64,000 nucleotides of DNA. Origin: Planctomycetota bacterium (GTDB taxonomy: Bacteria; Planctomycetota; UBA1135; UBA2386). The DNA is taken from positions 1 to 64,000 of the forward strand of contig CANMWZ010000020.1 of NCBI GenBank assembly GCA_947501605.1, given 5' to 3'. Within the stretch, counting starts at the first letter, position 1. Every line of letters begins with the position of its first letter. Shown here in pieces: positions 41,223 through 52,782 of the stretch. The position numbers and the translations under genes were made by a program. Under the pieces are notes generated by a model that worked only from the letters and a program-made list of their open reading frames with translations, made no database searches and was not told the DNA's origin.

Positions 41223-42292
41223 ATGACGAAACTTGGAATCCTCGGTGCCGGCAAGATCGGCCGCATGGTCTGCCACATGACCGCCAGCTCGGGCCTCTAC
41301 CAGGTTCGCATCGGCGATGTGGCAAAGGCCGCGGTCGATGTCGTCGGCCAGCGCTATCCGGGCATCGAAGCCCAGGTTGTCGACTTCGGCGACCAGAAGA
41401 GCCTCGATCAGTTCTTGAAAGGCCTGTGGGGGGTCGTGTCGTGCGCCCCCTACCACTGCAACTTGCTGATCGCCGAGCGCGCCAAGGCGAACGGGGTGCA
41501 CTACTTCGACCTCACCGAGGACGTCGAGGTGACGCAGAAGGTGAAGCAGCTCGCCGACGGCAGCAAGACGGCGTTTGCGCCGCAGTGCGGTCTCGCCCCT
41601 GGCTTCATCACGATCGTCGCCAACCACTTGATCCGCGACATGACCGGCGTGCAGGACCTGCGCTTGCGCGTCGGCGCGCTGCCGCGCTACCCGAGCAACC
41701 GGCTCAACTACAACCTGACCTGGAGCACCGAAGGACTCATCAACGAGTACTGCAACCCGTGCGAAGCGCTGCTCGACGGCGAAGTGCAGATGGTGCAGCC
41801 GATGCAGGACCAGGAACGACTGACCATCGACGGCGTCGAGTACGAGGCCTTCAACACCTCGGGCGGTCTCGGCACGTTGGCGATCTCGCTGCTCGGCAAG
41901 GTGCGCAACGTCAACTACAAGACGATCCGCTACCCGGGCCACTGCGAGCTGATGAAGTTCCTGCTGCAGGACCTCGGCATGCGCGACCACCAGAAGGAGC
42001 TGGCGACGATCTTCGAGCGCTCGTTGCCGACCACCAACCAGGACCAGATCGTGGTCTTCGTCAGCGCCACCGGCATGCTGAAGGGCCGCTTCACCGAAGC
42101 GACCTACGCGCGCACGATCTACCACCGTCAGTTCGACGGTCAGGATTGGAGCGGCATCCAGATCACGACGGCAGCCGGTGTCTGCGGCGTGGTCGACATG
42201 ATGCGAGAGGGCAAGCTGCCGCAAAGCGGCTTGGTGCGCATGGAGCAGGTCAGCTACCCGGACTTCCTCGCGAACCGGTTCGGCCAGTACTA

Positions 42293-42299
<7 letters not shown>
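41223..42299 (+). CDS. Saccharopine dehydrogenase / lysine 6-dehydrogenase family protein
   Basis: ILGAGKIG, HYFDLTEDV, PQCGLAPG, RVGALP, TWSTEGLINEY, EAFNTSGG, YKTIRYPGH. Confidence 0.9.
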
Positions 42300-44917
<2,618 letters not shown>

Positions 44918-44932
44918 CCCGAACAGCGCGCC

Positions 44933-45313
44933 GTGCTGTACCAGATCCTCGCCTATGTCTGCCTGGGCCTCGCCGCGCTGCTATTCCTCGCGGCCGGCCT
45001 CCTTCTGCTGATCGCCCCCGATTGGATCGGGCGGCGAGCCAGCCTCCAGAACCTGTCGCCGCGTGCCCGCACCTTCGTGCGCACGGTGAAGGGAGGTGCC
45101 TGCATCGTCCTGGCCCTGTTCTGGGTCCTCTGTCTCCTGCAGCCGCACTGGTTCCTCATCGGCTTGGCATCGGCCGGGTATGCCGTCACAGCGGCCGCGG
45201 CCGCTCGATTCGTGGGCCTGTGGACCGAACGGCGCCGCGACCGCCCGCGGGTGGCCCTCTTCGTCTTCGAGCTCGTGCTCGGCATCGCCACCGTGTCGCT
45301 GTCGATGTGCTGA
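44933..45313 (+). CDS. Small integral membrane hypothetical protein (about 4 TM)
   Basis: Four hydrophobic segments, directly follows eno. Confidence 0.55.
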   Translation: MLYQILAYVCLGLAALLFLAAGLLLLIAPDWIGRRASLQNLSPRARTFVRTVKGGACIVLALFWVLCLLQPHWFLIGLASAGYAVTAAAAARFVGLWTERRRDRPRVALFVFELVLGIATVSLSMC

Positions 45314-45353
45314 CGCCGAGGCGAAGCGCCGCCGTCGAGGCGGTGAGCAGCCC

Positions 45354-46505
45354 TCACTTCGCGTAGCCGGTCATCTCGAGATACCCGACCCCGCTACACG
45401 ACCCGCGGACCGCGACGCAACCTTCCCAGTAGCGGACGCGCGTGCGCAGCTCCTGGTCGGCGACGCGAGGTACCACCTCCACGTCGAGGCCGAGCTTCTT
45501 GGAACGCAACCGCCACGCACCAGGGTACTCCGCGCGCCCATCCGTCGCGCGCCACGTCCCCTGCGGCTCGGCCATCACGTCGGCGAGAGCGAGCCGTGCG
45601 CTCGTGCCATCTGCGCGCGTCCACGTGCCTTGGCTGTGTGCGTCGATCGAACCGTCGCGTCGCCGCAGTTGGTACCACGTCAGCTCGCACCCGTCGTCGA
45701 ACTGCAGCGAGAACCAATCCCAACCCACCTGCCCCTCGCCCAACGCCGACGTACTCCACTCGCGATCGCACCACGCGGCCCCCGTCACGCCCGCCGCGCG
45801 CCCGTCGACCTCGATCGTGCCCACCGCCGACAGCCGCGTCGCCGAGTAGTAGATCGACGCGTTGCCGGGCTCCGAGCTCTTCTGGCTCAGCCCGCGGTCG
45901 CCTTGCAGCACGAGCGCCTTCTGCGCCTCGACCACGAGATCGAACGCGAAGCCCTCGCCGCGCGCAGTCAGCCGCATCGGCGGGAACCGATCCGGCGACG
46001 GCGCAGCGCCGCTCGGCTCCGCGCGCCAGTCGGCGCACCAGAGAACCGGACCGTGCTCGCCAAGAACGACACCAGCGCGCAGGGAGTCGCGGCGCAGCAG
46101 GCGCTCTTCGGCGTGAAATCGCTCGCCGCCGACATCGGTCACCGCCGCATGGACCAGCACGAGTTCGCGGCTCGCAAGCGACGCGGACCGCGGGGCCTCG
46201 CCATCGGGCGGTGCCAGCGCCTGGCGAAAGAACACGAGTTCGAAGCCGAACGCGCGTCCGCCTTCGTCCGTCACGTTGCCGGTCCAGTACCACCACTCGG
46301 TTCGAAAACTGTCGTGCGGCCCGTGATCGCGCGGAAACGTGAGCGTCGGCACCGAAGTGGCGCGGTCGTAGCCGGCGACGTCGCCTGCGGCAAGGACGTC
46401 GGCCAGCGCGAGTTCGCCGCCCGTCGACGCAATCGGCTCGCCACCGCACGCAGTGACGACGGTCAGCAGTAGGAGCAGCAGATCGCGAATCCCGATCATC
46501 GTCAT
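45354..46505 (-). CDS. Lipocalin-like CrtC/AttH family lipoprotein
   Basis: Lipobox LLTVVTA-C, FPRDHGPH..RTEWWY, WCDREWS, GWDWFSLQ, DQEL, YWEG, GYLEMTGY; ATG 46505 overlaps the permease stop. Confidence 0.88.
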   Translation of the reverse strand: MTMIGIRDLLLLLLTVVTACGGEPIASTGGELALADVLAAGDVAGYDRATSVPTLTFPRDHGPHDSFRTEWWYWTGNVTDEGGRAFGFELVFFRQALAPPDGEAPRSASLASRELVLVHAAVTDVGGERFHAEERLLRRDSLRAGVVLGEHGPVLWCADWRAEPSGAAPSPDRFPPMRLTARGEGFAFDLVVEAQKALVLQGDRGLSQKSSEPGNASIYYSATRLSAVGTIEVDGRAAGVTGAAWCDREWSTSALGEGQVGWDWFSLQFDDGCELTWYQLRRRDGSIDAHSQGTWTRADGTSARLALADVMAEPQGTWRATDGRAEYPGAWRLRSKKLGLDVEVVPRVADQELRTRVRYWEGCVAVRGSCSGVGYLEMTGYAK

Positions 46506-49024
46506 TCCTCCCGCAACGCCACGGCCGGCACCGCACGCGCCATTCGCCATGCCGGCCACAGGCCAGCCAAGAACGCCGAGCCCACCGCCAGCCAGATCGC
46601 CTCCCACAAGAGCGCGGGCGGCAACGTGAACTCGGTCAAGGTCCAGCCAAACGATCCGCGGTTGACGACCGTGGCCAGTACGTAGCCGACGAAGGCGCCG
46701 ACGGGCAGCGCCAGGAACCCAGCCCAGACCCCGAGCAACGTCGTTTGGCCGAGCACGAGCAGCACCACGTGTCGCGGCGTGGCGCCCAGCGTGCGCAGCA
46801 CCGCGATCTCCTTCTGCCGATCGAGTTGCAGTGCCGCGAACGACGACCAGATCCCGAGCACGGCAATCAGAATGCACAGCAGCCGCAGCGCATCCGTGAT
46901 CGCAAACGTACGGTCGAAGACCTTCAACGAGGTCCGCTCCACCGATTCTCGGGTGCTGACGATCAGGGCCTGTGGAAGCGCATGCACCACGGTGCGCACA
47001 CGCTCCGCCAGAGCATCCTGGCTTTCGCCAGACATCGCCTCGAGTCCCAAGGACTCCGGTTGGAGCTTCGGGAACCACGACGTCGGCAGCAGCAGTTCGC
47101 CGCGCGGGTTGCGGTAGTGTCGTTCGATGCCGACGATCGTCGTGCGTCGCACGCCCTCGCCGCACGCAACGGCGATCGGCGACCCGATCGTCAGCGACAG
47201 CCGCGCCGCCAGCGGCTCGGTCGCAATGGCCCCGTTGCCCTGCTGGAATGCTGCGCGCGCCGCGTCGCCGCCGTCGATCAACGGCAACCTCTCGAGCACG
47301 CGCGGAGACGGGCCGAAGACCGTGATCGAGGTCTCTTCGAACGGCCCGCCGTGAAAACTCGCGGCCACGCGCATCGGCCGGTAGGTCGACACCGCAGCGA
47401 GGCCCGGCAACGCTCGCAGCGCCGACAGCGCGTCCGCGGACAACTCGCCGTGTTCGCGTTCGTCAACGCTGCCCGGCAGCGCCACGTAGACATCGGCCGG
47501 AATCACTTCGTCGAGCCAATTGGCGACGCTGCTGCGAAAGCTCTGCACCATGGCCCCCATGCCAGTCGTGATGCCGACGGCGAGCACCAGGGCCGAAACC
47601 GAAGAGCCCACGCGCAAGCGCGAGCTCGCGGCACTGCGGGCGACGTAGGCGAGCCACGGCCCGGCATTCGCGACTACCCGCGCGGTGCCCGCGAGCAACA
47701 GCTCCATGGCGCGCGGCACCACGAGCGCGATCGCGACCAAAGCGAGCAGCATGCCGCCGTGCGCCATGACGACGTTGCGGCCGGCATTCTGCAGCAAGAT
47801 CCACGAACCGATTGCGAGCGGCAACAACAGCCACAGCGGCGCTTGCAAGCTGCGCTGCGGCAGCCGTCCACTGACGAACACCGCACGCGGCGGCGCCTGC
47901 ATCGCCTCGGCCAAGGGCCAGAGTGATGCCAGGACCGCAGTCATGGGGCCCAGCACCATCGCCGTCACCGCGAGCCATGCATCCAACCGAACCGAGTGCA
48001 ACGCGAAGGTCGCGAAGTGATCGTTCAGCGTACGAACCAGAGGGTCGATCAGCAGTTGCGCCGCGATCCAGCCGCAAACGAGCCCAACGCCACTGCCGAG
48101 CAAGCCGAGCAGCACACTCTCGCGCGCGACCGCGCGGCCGATGCGAAAGGCGTCGGCACCGAGCGCGCGCAACAGCGCGAACTCGACCTGCCGACCAGCC
48201 ACCGCCGCCCGCATCGCCGCATGCACCAAGAAGGCTCCGACCAACAACGCCAGCAGCCCCATCGCTTGCAGGTTGCTGGTGAAGGCCGCCGTCAGTTCGT
48301 GAAACGACGCGCGCGCGGCATTGGCTTCGACGCGAATCGAGGGCTCGAGCGCCTGCAGTCGAGCGGACAGCGCTTGCACATCGACGCCGTCATCGAGCAC
48401 GAGGTCGATGCGATCGACGCGATCCTCCCGTCCGTTCCACTCCTGCGCGGTTGCGATGTCGACGAGCAGCACGTCAAGAAGGCCAGCGACTGCATCGTCA
48501 GGAATCGCGAGCAAGCGCTGGGCACCGACGGCGCGGCCACCGGCAAACAACGTCGTCGCGCCGCTGTCGTCGAGAGCGAGCCGCGCGCAGGTTGCACGCG
48601 TCGCCACGAAACCGCCGCGGGTCGTCAACAGTCCCGCCAAGGACAGCCCCGCGATTGCACCGGTCCCCGGTCGCACGAGGCCATCGACCAACGGATCGAT
48701 GCCGAGAACGCGCACGGTTCGCCGGTACGAGGTCGAAGGCTGCACCAGCGCCTCGACGACCGGCGCGGCCACGACACCGCGCTCCGTAGCGAGTGCCGCC
48801 AGCACCCGCACGGGCACGAAGCCCTGCTCGCCGCGCACCGCGTGCGTGGCCCTGCCGGTCAGCGCCTCGGACGCGGCCGCGAACGCCGCGGACGCACTTG
48901 CCATCGTGGCTTGCACGGCGACGAGCAGAGCGATGCCGACGGCGATCCCGAGCACCGCGAGCGCACTGCGCAACGGCTGTCGCCCATGATGGCGCGCGCT
49001 CCAGCGCAGCAGCAACCCGGTCAC
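46502..49024 (-). CDS. Double FtsX/MacB-type ABC permease (AttFG-like)
   Basis: LAVLGIAVGIAL, EFALLRALGA, FDRTFAIT, EIAVLRTLGA, VNRGSFGW, ALREE; GTG 49024 overlaps the ATPase stop. Confidence 0.88.
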   Translation of the reverse strand: MTGLLLRWSARHHGRQPLRSALAVLGIAVGIALLVAVQATMASASAAFAAASEALTGRATHAVRGEQGFVPVRVLAALATERGVVAAPVVEALVQPSTSYRRTVRVLGIDPLVDGLVRPGTGAIAGLSLAGLLTTRGGFVATRATCARLALDDSGATTLFAGGRAVGAQRLLAIPDDAVAGLLDVLLVDIATAQEWNGREDRVDRIDLVLDDGVDVQALSARLQALEPSIRVEANAARASFHELTAAFTSNLQAMGLLALLVGAFLVHAAMRAAVAGRQVEFALLRALGADAFRIGRAVARESVLLGLLGSGVGLVCGWIAAQLLIDPLVRTLNDHFATFALHSVRLDAWLAVTAMVLGPMTAVLASLWPLAEAMQAPPRAVFVSGRLPQRSLQAPLWLLLPLAIGSWILLQNAGRNVVMAHGGMLLALVAIALVVPRAMELLLAGTARVVANAGPWLAYVARSAASSRLRVGSSVSALVLAVGITTGMGAMVQSFRSSVANWLDEVIPADVYVALPGSVDEREHGELSADALSALRALPGLAAVSTYRPMRVAASFHGGPFEETSITVFGPSPRVLERLPLIDGGDAARAAFQQGNGAIATEPLAARLSLTIGSPIAVACGEGVRRTTIVGIERHYRNPRGELLLPTSWFPKLQPESLGLEAMSGESQDALAERVRTVVHALPQALIVSTRESVERTSLKVFDRTFAITDALRLLCILIAVLGIWSSFAALQLDRQKEIAVLRTLGATPRHVVLLVLGQTTLLGVWAGFLALPVGAFVGYVLATVVNRGSFGWTLTEFTLPPALLWEAIWLAVGSAFLAGLWPAWRMARAVPAVALREE

Positions 49025-49713
49025 AACGACAGCGCCTCGACTTCGAGCTTGCCGTGACTGAGCCGGAGCGTGCGCGTGCACTGCCGCGCCACGGCGGTCG
49101 CGTGGGTGACCACGAGCAGACTTCCGGCCTGCTCCAACACCACCGACAACAACAACGAGAACACGTCTTGCGCCGACTCGTCGTCGAGGTTGCCAGTAGG
49201 TTCGTCGGCGAGTACCAGGGCCGGCTGCAGCGCCACGGCGCGCGCTACCGACAATCGCTGCTGCTCGCCGCCTGACAACACCGCCGGAAACGCACCGGCG
49301 CGATCCGCCAAACCGACGCGCCGCAGCAGGTCCTTCGCGCGCGCCATCGATGCGCTCCGTTCCCGCCGCGCCAGTTCGAGGGGCAGGAGCACGTTCTCCA
49401 ACGCCGTCAAGGTCGGCAGCAGGTGGAAGGCCTGGAACACGAACCCGACGTGCTGCTGGCGGACGTTGGCCCGGGCCTTTTCGTCAAGCGCCGCGAGGTC
49501 GTGCCCGAGCAGTGCGATCCGCCCACGGTCTGGACGATCGAGCCCAGCGATCAGGTTGAGCAGCGTCGACTTGCCGGAGCCCGAGCGACCGACGATCGCG
49601 CAGGATGTAGCAGGCGCGAGTTCGAAATCGACCCCGTTCAGGATCGCGCGGTCCGTGCGGCCTTCGCGACAGGACTTGTGCACCGCGGACAATGACACGA
49701 CGGGGACGCTCAC
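49021..49713 (-). CDS. ABC transporter ATP-binding protein (LolD/MacB/AttE-like)
   Basis: GRSGSGKS, GFVFQAFHLLP, LSGGEQQR, LADEPTGNLD, VVTH; start approximate. Confidence 0.93.
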   Translation of the reverse strand: MSVPVVSLSAVHKSCREGRTDRAILNGVDFELAPATSCAIVGRSGSGKSTLLNLIAGLDRPDRGRIALLGHDLAALDEKARANVRQQHVGFVFQAFHLLPTLTALENVLLPLELARRERSASMARAKDLLRRVGLADRAGAFPAVLSGGEQQRLSVARAVALQPALVLADEPTGNLDDESAQDVFSLLLSVVLEQAGSLLVVTHATAVARQCTRTLRLSHGKLEVEALSL

Positions 49714-49773
49714 ACTGTCCCTGGTTACCCCGTGGCGCCGCAATGGCAAGCGGCAGTTGCAACTGCCGAGGTC

Positions 49774-50400
49774 TCACGCCGCAATCGGACTGAGGGCCGT
49801 CCTGAGCTGCCGCCGCTTCCACAGCAAGAAGACCACCGGGTAGACCAAGAGTTCCATGAAGAAGCGGATCGTGATGCCGCCGATCAGCGGGGCGACCAAC
49901 CGCCGCGTGACATCCGCGCCGGTGCCCACTGCCCACAGCAATGGCAGCAGCCCGATCATGTCCGTCGCCACGGTCATGGACTTGGGGCGCAATCGTTTGA
50001 CCGCACCTTGGAAGATCGCGTGGTGCAGGTCCGAGAGGTTCTGCAACTTGCCCGCCCGCTCGGCCTTCTCGTACTCGCTATCGAGGTAGAGCAGCATGAT
50101 CTGCCCGGTCTCCGCGTCGATGCCGAGCAGCGCGATGATCCCGACCCACACCGCCAGACTCATGTCGTAGTCGAGCGCCCACAGCAACCAGAACGCACCG
50201 ATCCGCGAGAACGGCACCGCCAGGAGGATCACGCCGACGCGAAACCACGAGCGCGCCCCCCAGTAAAGAAGCAGTACGATCAGCACCAACGTCACCGGGA
50301 TGAGGACCAGCAGTCGCTCCTCCGATCGCTCGAGTGCCTCGAAGGTGCCGGCCCATTCTCGCGAACATCCGGCCGGCAGCAGCACCGTTGGGGGTTCCAC
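49774..50400 (-). pseudogene. cusA: Truncated remnant of a second CusA-type RND permease (C-terminal ~200 aa only)
   Basis: Gapless alignment to the end of the CusA at 52779-56081 (about 148/194 identical by hand count); no N-terminal ~850 aa; Arg substitutions inside TM helices. Confidence 0.82.
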
Positions 50401-50487
50401 TGCAGCCTAGTGGCGGACTGGCAGCCGCCTCGTGACGGCCCCCACTCCTTCCCATCGCCCGTCGGCGCCGATAGTGTCCTGCACTTC

Positions 50488-50895
50488 ATGAGTTCTCGTC
50501 TCCGTGGCCTGCTGTGTTGGTTGCTCTGCGCGCTGATGCTCAGCGCCGGTGCTCCTGCCCAACCGGCACGGCACTGCGGCAACGACACCGAGCCGATGTC
50601 GTCGTGCCGCGAGCAGCAGTCCTGCTGCTGCCCCGACGAGGCCGAGAGCGAAGCAACGCGCGGGGAACGGAACTGCGATTGCAAAGCCCCCGAGCGCGAG
50701 CCTGCGCCGACGCCGGCGCCCGACGGACCGAAGCTCACGAACCCCCTCTGCGCGCCCGAACCCGCACGCGCCCCGCCGCGCCTGCCGCAGGTTCGCGAAC
50801 CAGCTGTAGTCATCGCCGCGGCCCCGTGCCCATTCGCGCACGGCCCGCTGCCGTATCGCACGCGTCAAGTCGCCTACTCCGTCTGGCGACTCTAG
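50488..50895 (+). CDS. 135-aa Cys-rich secreted small protein or putative regulatory upstream ORF (DUF2946/CutF/CruR-like architecture)
   Basis: ATG 50488; signal MSSRLRGLLCWLLCALMLSAGAPA; HC..C..CCC..CDC; Pro-rich linker with RAPP; ends HGPLPYRTRQVAYSVWRL; directly upstream of cusB. Confidence 0.68.
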   Translation: MSSRLRGLLCWLLCALMLSAGAPAQPARHCGNDTEPMSSCREQQSCCCPDEAESEATRGERNCDCKAPEREPAPTPAPDGPKLTNPLCAPEPARAPPRLPQVREPAVVIAAAPCPFAHGPLPYRTRQVAYSVWRL

Positions 50896-50940
50896 CGGTC
50901 CCTCAGTGGGGACACTCCGTACCCACTGCGAGAGGGACCG
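50896..50940 (+). promoter_or_regulatory. Strong stem-loop starting at the first base after the uORF stop codon, upstream of cusB
   Basis: CGGTCCCTC/GAGGGACCG outer 9-bp stem plus AGTGGG/CCCACT inner 6-bp stem; no U-tract follows. Confidence 0.6.
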
Positions 50941-51009
50941 GTGCCGTGGCGCAAAACGCAGGAGCCTTGCACTGGTCGTGATCCGCGACCACCTGCGTCC
51001 GCGTTCCCG

Positions 51010-52782
51010 ATGCTCCCGATCTACGTCTACTTCAGTGCCCTCGTTGTTCTGATCGTCTGGTTTGCGGTGCTCGTGTCGTTCGCGCGCGGACGCGTCCTTG
51101 CCCTGCGCTCCATGCCCGCCATGGCACTATTCGTGGTGTTGTTTGCCACGGCGGAAGGCGCGTTCGCCGTCGGTCGCCGCCACGGTGGGACCACCGTTGC
51201 GAGCGGCACGATCTACACGTGCTCCATGCACCCAACCGTCCGCGTCACGGAGCCCGGACTGTGCCCGTCGTGTCGCATGGACCTCGTGCCCGTCGGCACC
51301 GTCGCATCGCTCGGCGGGTCCGCGCACGAGATCACCATCGATCCCACCGTGGTGCAGAACATGGGCGTACGGGTCACCGCTGCGGTGCGCTCGCCGATGC
51401 AGCGCAGCGTGCGCGCGTTTGGCGAACTGCGCGCAGCCGAGACCGGGCTCGCCGATATCGCGCTGAAGTTCGACGGCTTCGTCGAGGATCTCTTCGCTGA
51501 CACCGTTGGCATGCGCATCGAAGAGGGCGACGCCCTGTTCTCGGTCTACGCGCCCGAACTCCTGGTCGCCCAGTCCGAGCTGATCGCCGCCGCCCAGAGC
51601 GGGGATGCCGCTTTGGTCCTCGCCGCCAAGAGCAAGCTCGCCCTATGGGACGTCAGCGCCGCGGCGATCGAACTCCTCGCAAAGCGCACCGAACCCCTGC
51701 GCGCGCTGCCATGGCCGAGCCCCGTCGCCGGTGTGCTGCTGCAGCGCGACGTTGTCCGAGGGGCGCCGGCAATGAAGAACAGTGTGCTGTTGCGCATCAG
51801 CGATCTGTCGACACTGTGGCTCGACGCCCAGGTGCCGTCCTCACAGTTGCAGGCACTCCAGACCGGACTCGAAGGCACCGCCACGTTTGACGACGTGCCG
51901 CTGCGCGAGTGGAAGGGCAACGTCGTGTTCGTTGCTCCCGAGGTCGATCGGACGACGCGGACGGGCACCGTGCGTCTGGCGATCGACAACCGTGAGGGCG
52001 CGTTGCGTCCTGGCATGTGGGCCCGCGTGCGCTTCACCGTGCCGGTCGCCAGTGCAGCCGTGCGCGTCCCCCAAGAGGCGGTGCTCGACACCGGTCGACG
52101 ACAGCTCATCTGGCTCGCGGTCGGCAAGGGCCACTTCTCGCCGCGCGTAGTTCGGACTGGAGCGACGGACGACGACGGCTTCGTGCAGATTCTCGATGGC
52201 ATCGCACCAGGAGATCTCGTCGTCACCAGCGGCCAGTTCTTGATCGACTCCGAGAGTCGTCTGCGCGAAGGCGCTCGCAAGTTCGAGAACGAAGGGATGA
52301 TGCCCGGCGGCGACCTCCCGCCGCCGGTGGCAATCCCGCTCACGCCAGCGAGCCAACAGTCCATCGACGCACTTGCCGCCGCCTACCTCGCGGTGTCAGA
52401 AGCACTCGCCCAGGACCGCTTCGACCTCGGCTTGCTGCAAGCCATGCGTGCGAGTGCCGACGCCGTGGTGACCACCGCGACCGTACCGCCGGTGCAGTTG
52501 CCGGCGACCGAACTGACCAACCTGCTCGATCGGCCGAGCGCCGACCTCGAAGCCGCGCGCGTGTCGTGGAAGCAGATCAGCCAGGCGACAATGCAGCTGT
52601 TCGAAGTGGCGCGCCCAAGCGGCACCGCGGGTGCGATGCTCTACATCCACCACTGTCCGATGGCTGAGGCCGATTGGCTCCAGGCCGACGACAAGACCCG
52701 CAATCCCTACTACGGCAGTTCGATGCTGGACTGCGGCACCGTCCGCCGTTCGCTGCCGTTGTCGGCGGGAGCCCCCAAGTGA
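51010..52782 (+). CDS. cusB: CusB-like RND periplasmic adaptor with heavy-metal-binding domain and C-terminal DUF3347-like domain
   Basis: YTCSMHP..PGLCPSCRMDLVP, YAPELLVAQSE, LRPGM, SGQFLIDSES, HCPMA..W..NPYYGSSMLDCG; alternative GTG 50941. Confidence 0.9.
   Translation: MLPIYVYFSALVVLIVWFAVLVSFARGRVLALRSMPAMALFVVLFATAEGAFAVGRRHGGTTVASGTIYTCSMHPTVRVTEPGLCPSCRMDLVPVGTVASLGGSAHEITIDPTVVQNMGVRVTAAVRSPMQRSVRAFGELRAAETGLADIALKFDGFVEDLFADTVGMRIEEGDALFSVYAPELLVAQSELIAAAQSGDAALVLAAKSKLALWDVSAAAIELLAKRTEPLRALPWPSPVAGVLLQRDVVRGAPAMKNSVLLRISDLSTLWLDAQVPSSQLQALQTGLEGTATFDDVPLREWKGNVVFVAPEVDRTTRTGTVRLAIDNREGALRPGMWARVRFTVPVASAAVRVPQEAVLDTGRRQLIWLAVGKGHFSPRVVRTGATDDDGFVQILDGIAPGDLVVTSGQFLIDSESRLREGARKFENEGMMPGGDLPPPVAIPLTPASQQSIDALAAAYLAVSEALAQDRFDLGLLQAMRASADAVVTTATVPPVQLPATELTNLLDRPSADLEAARVSWKQISQATMQLFEVARPSGTAGAMLYIHHCPMAEADWLQADDKTRNPYYGSSMLDCGTVRRSLPLSAGAPK

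Noticed and set aside
45354..46505. Carotenoid biosynthesis (crtC) call
   Set aside because: It has a lipoprotein signal, is coupled to an ABC transporter, and no other crt genes are present; AttH-like is the better description.
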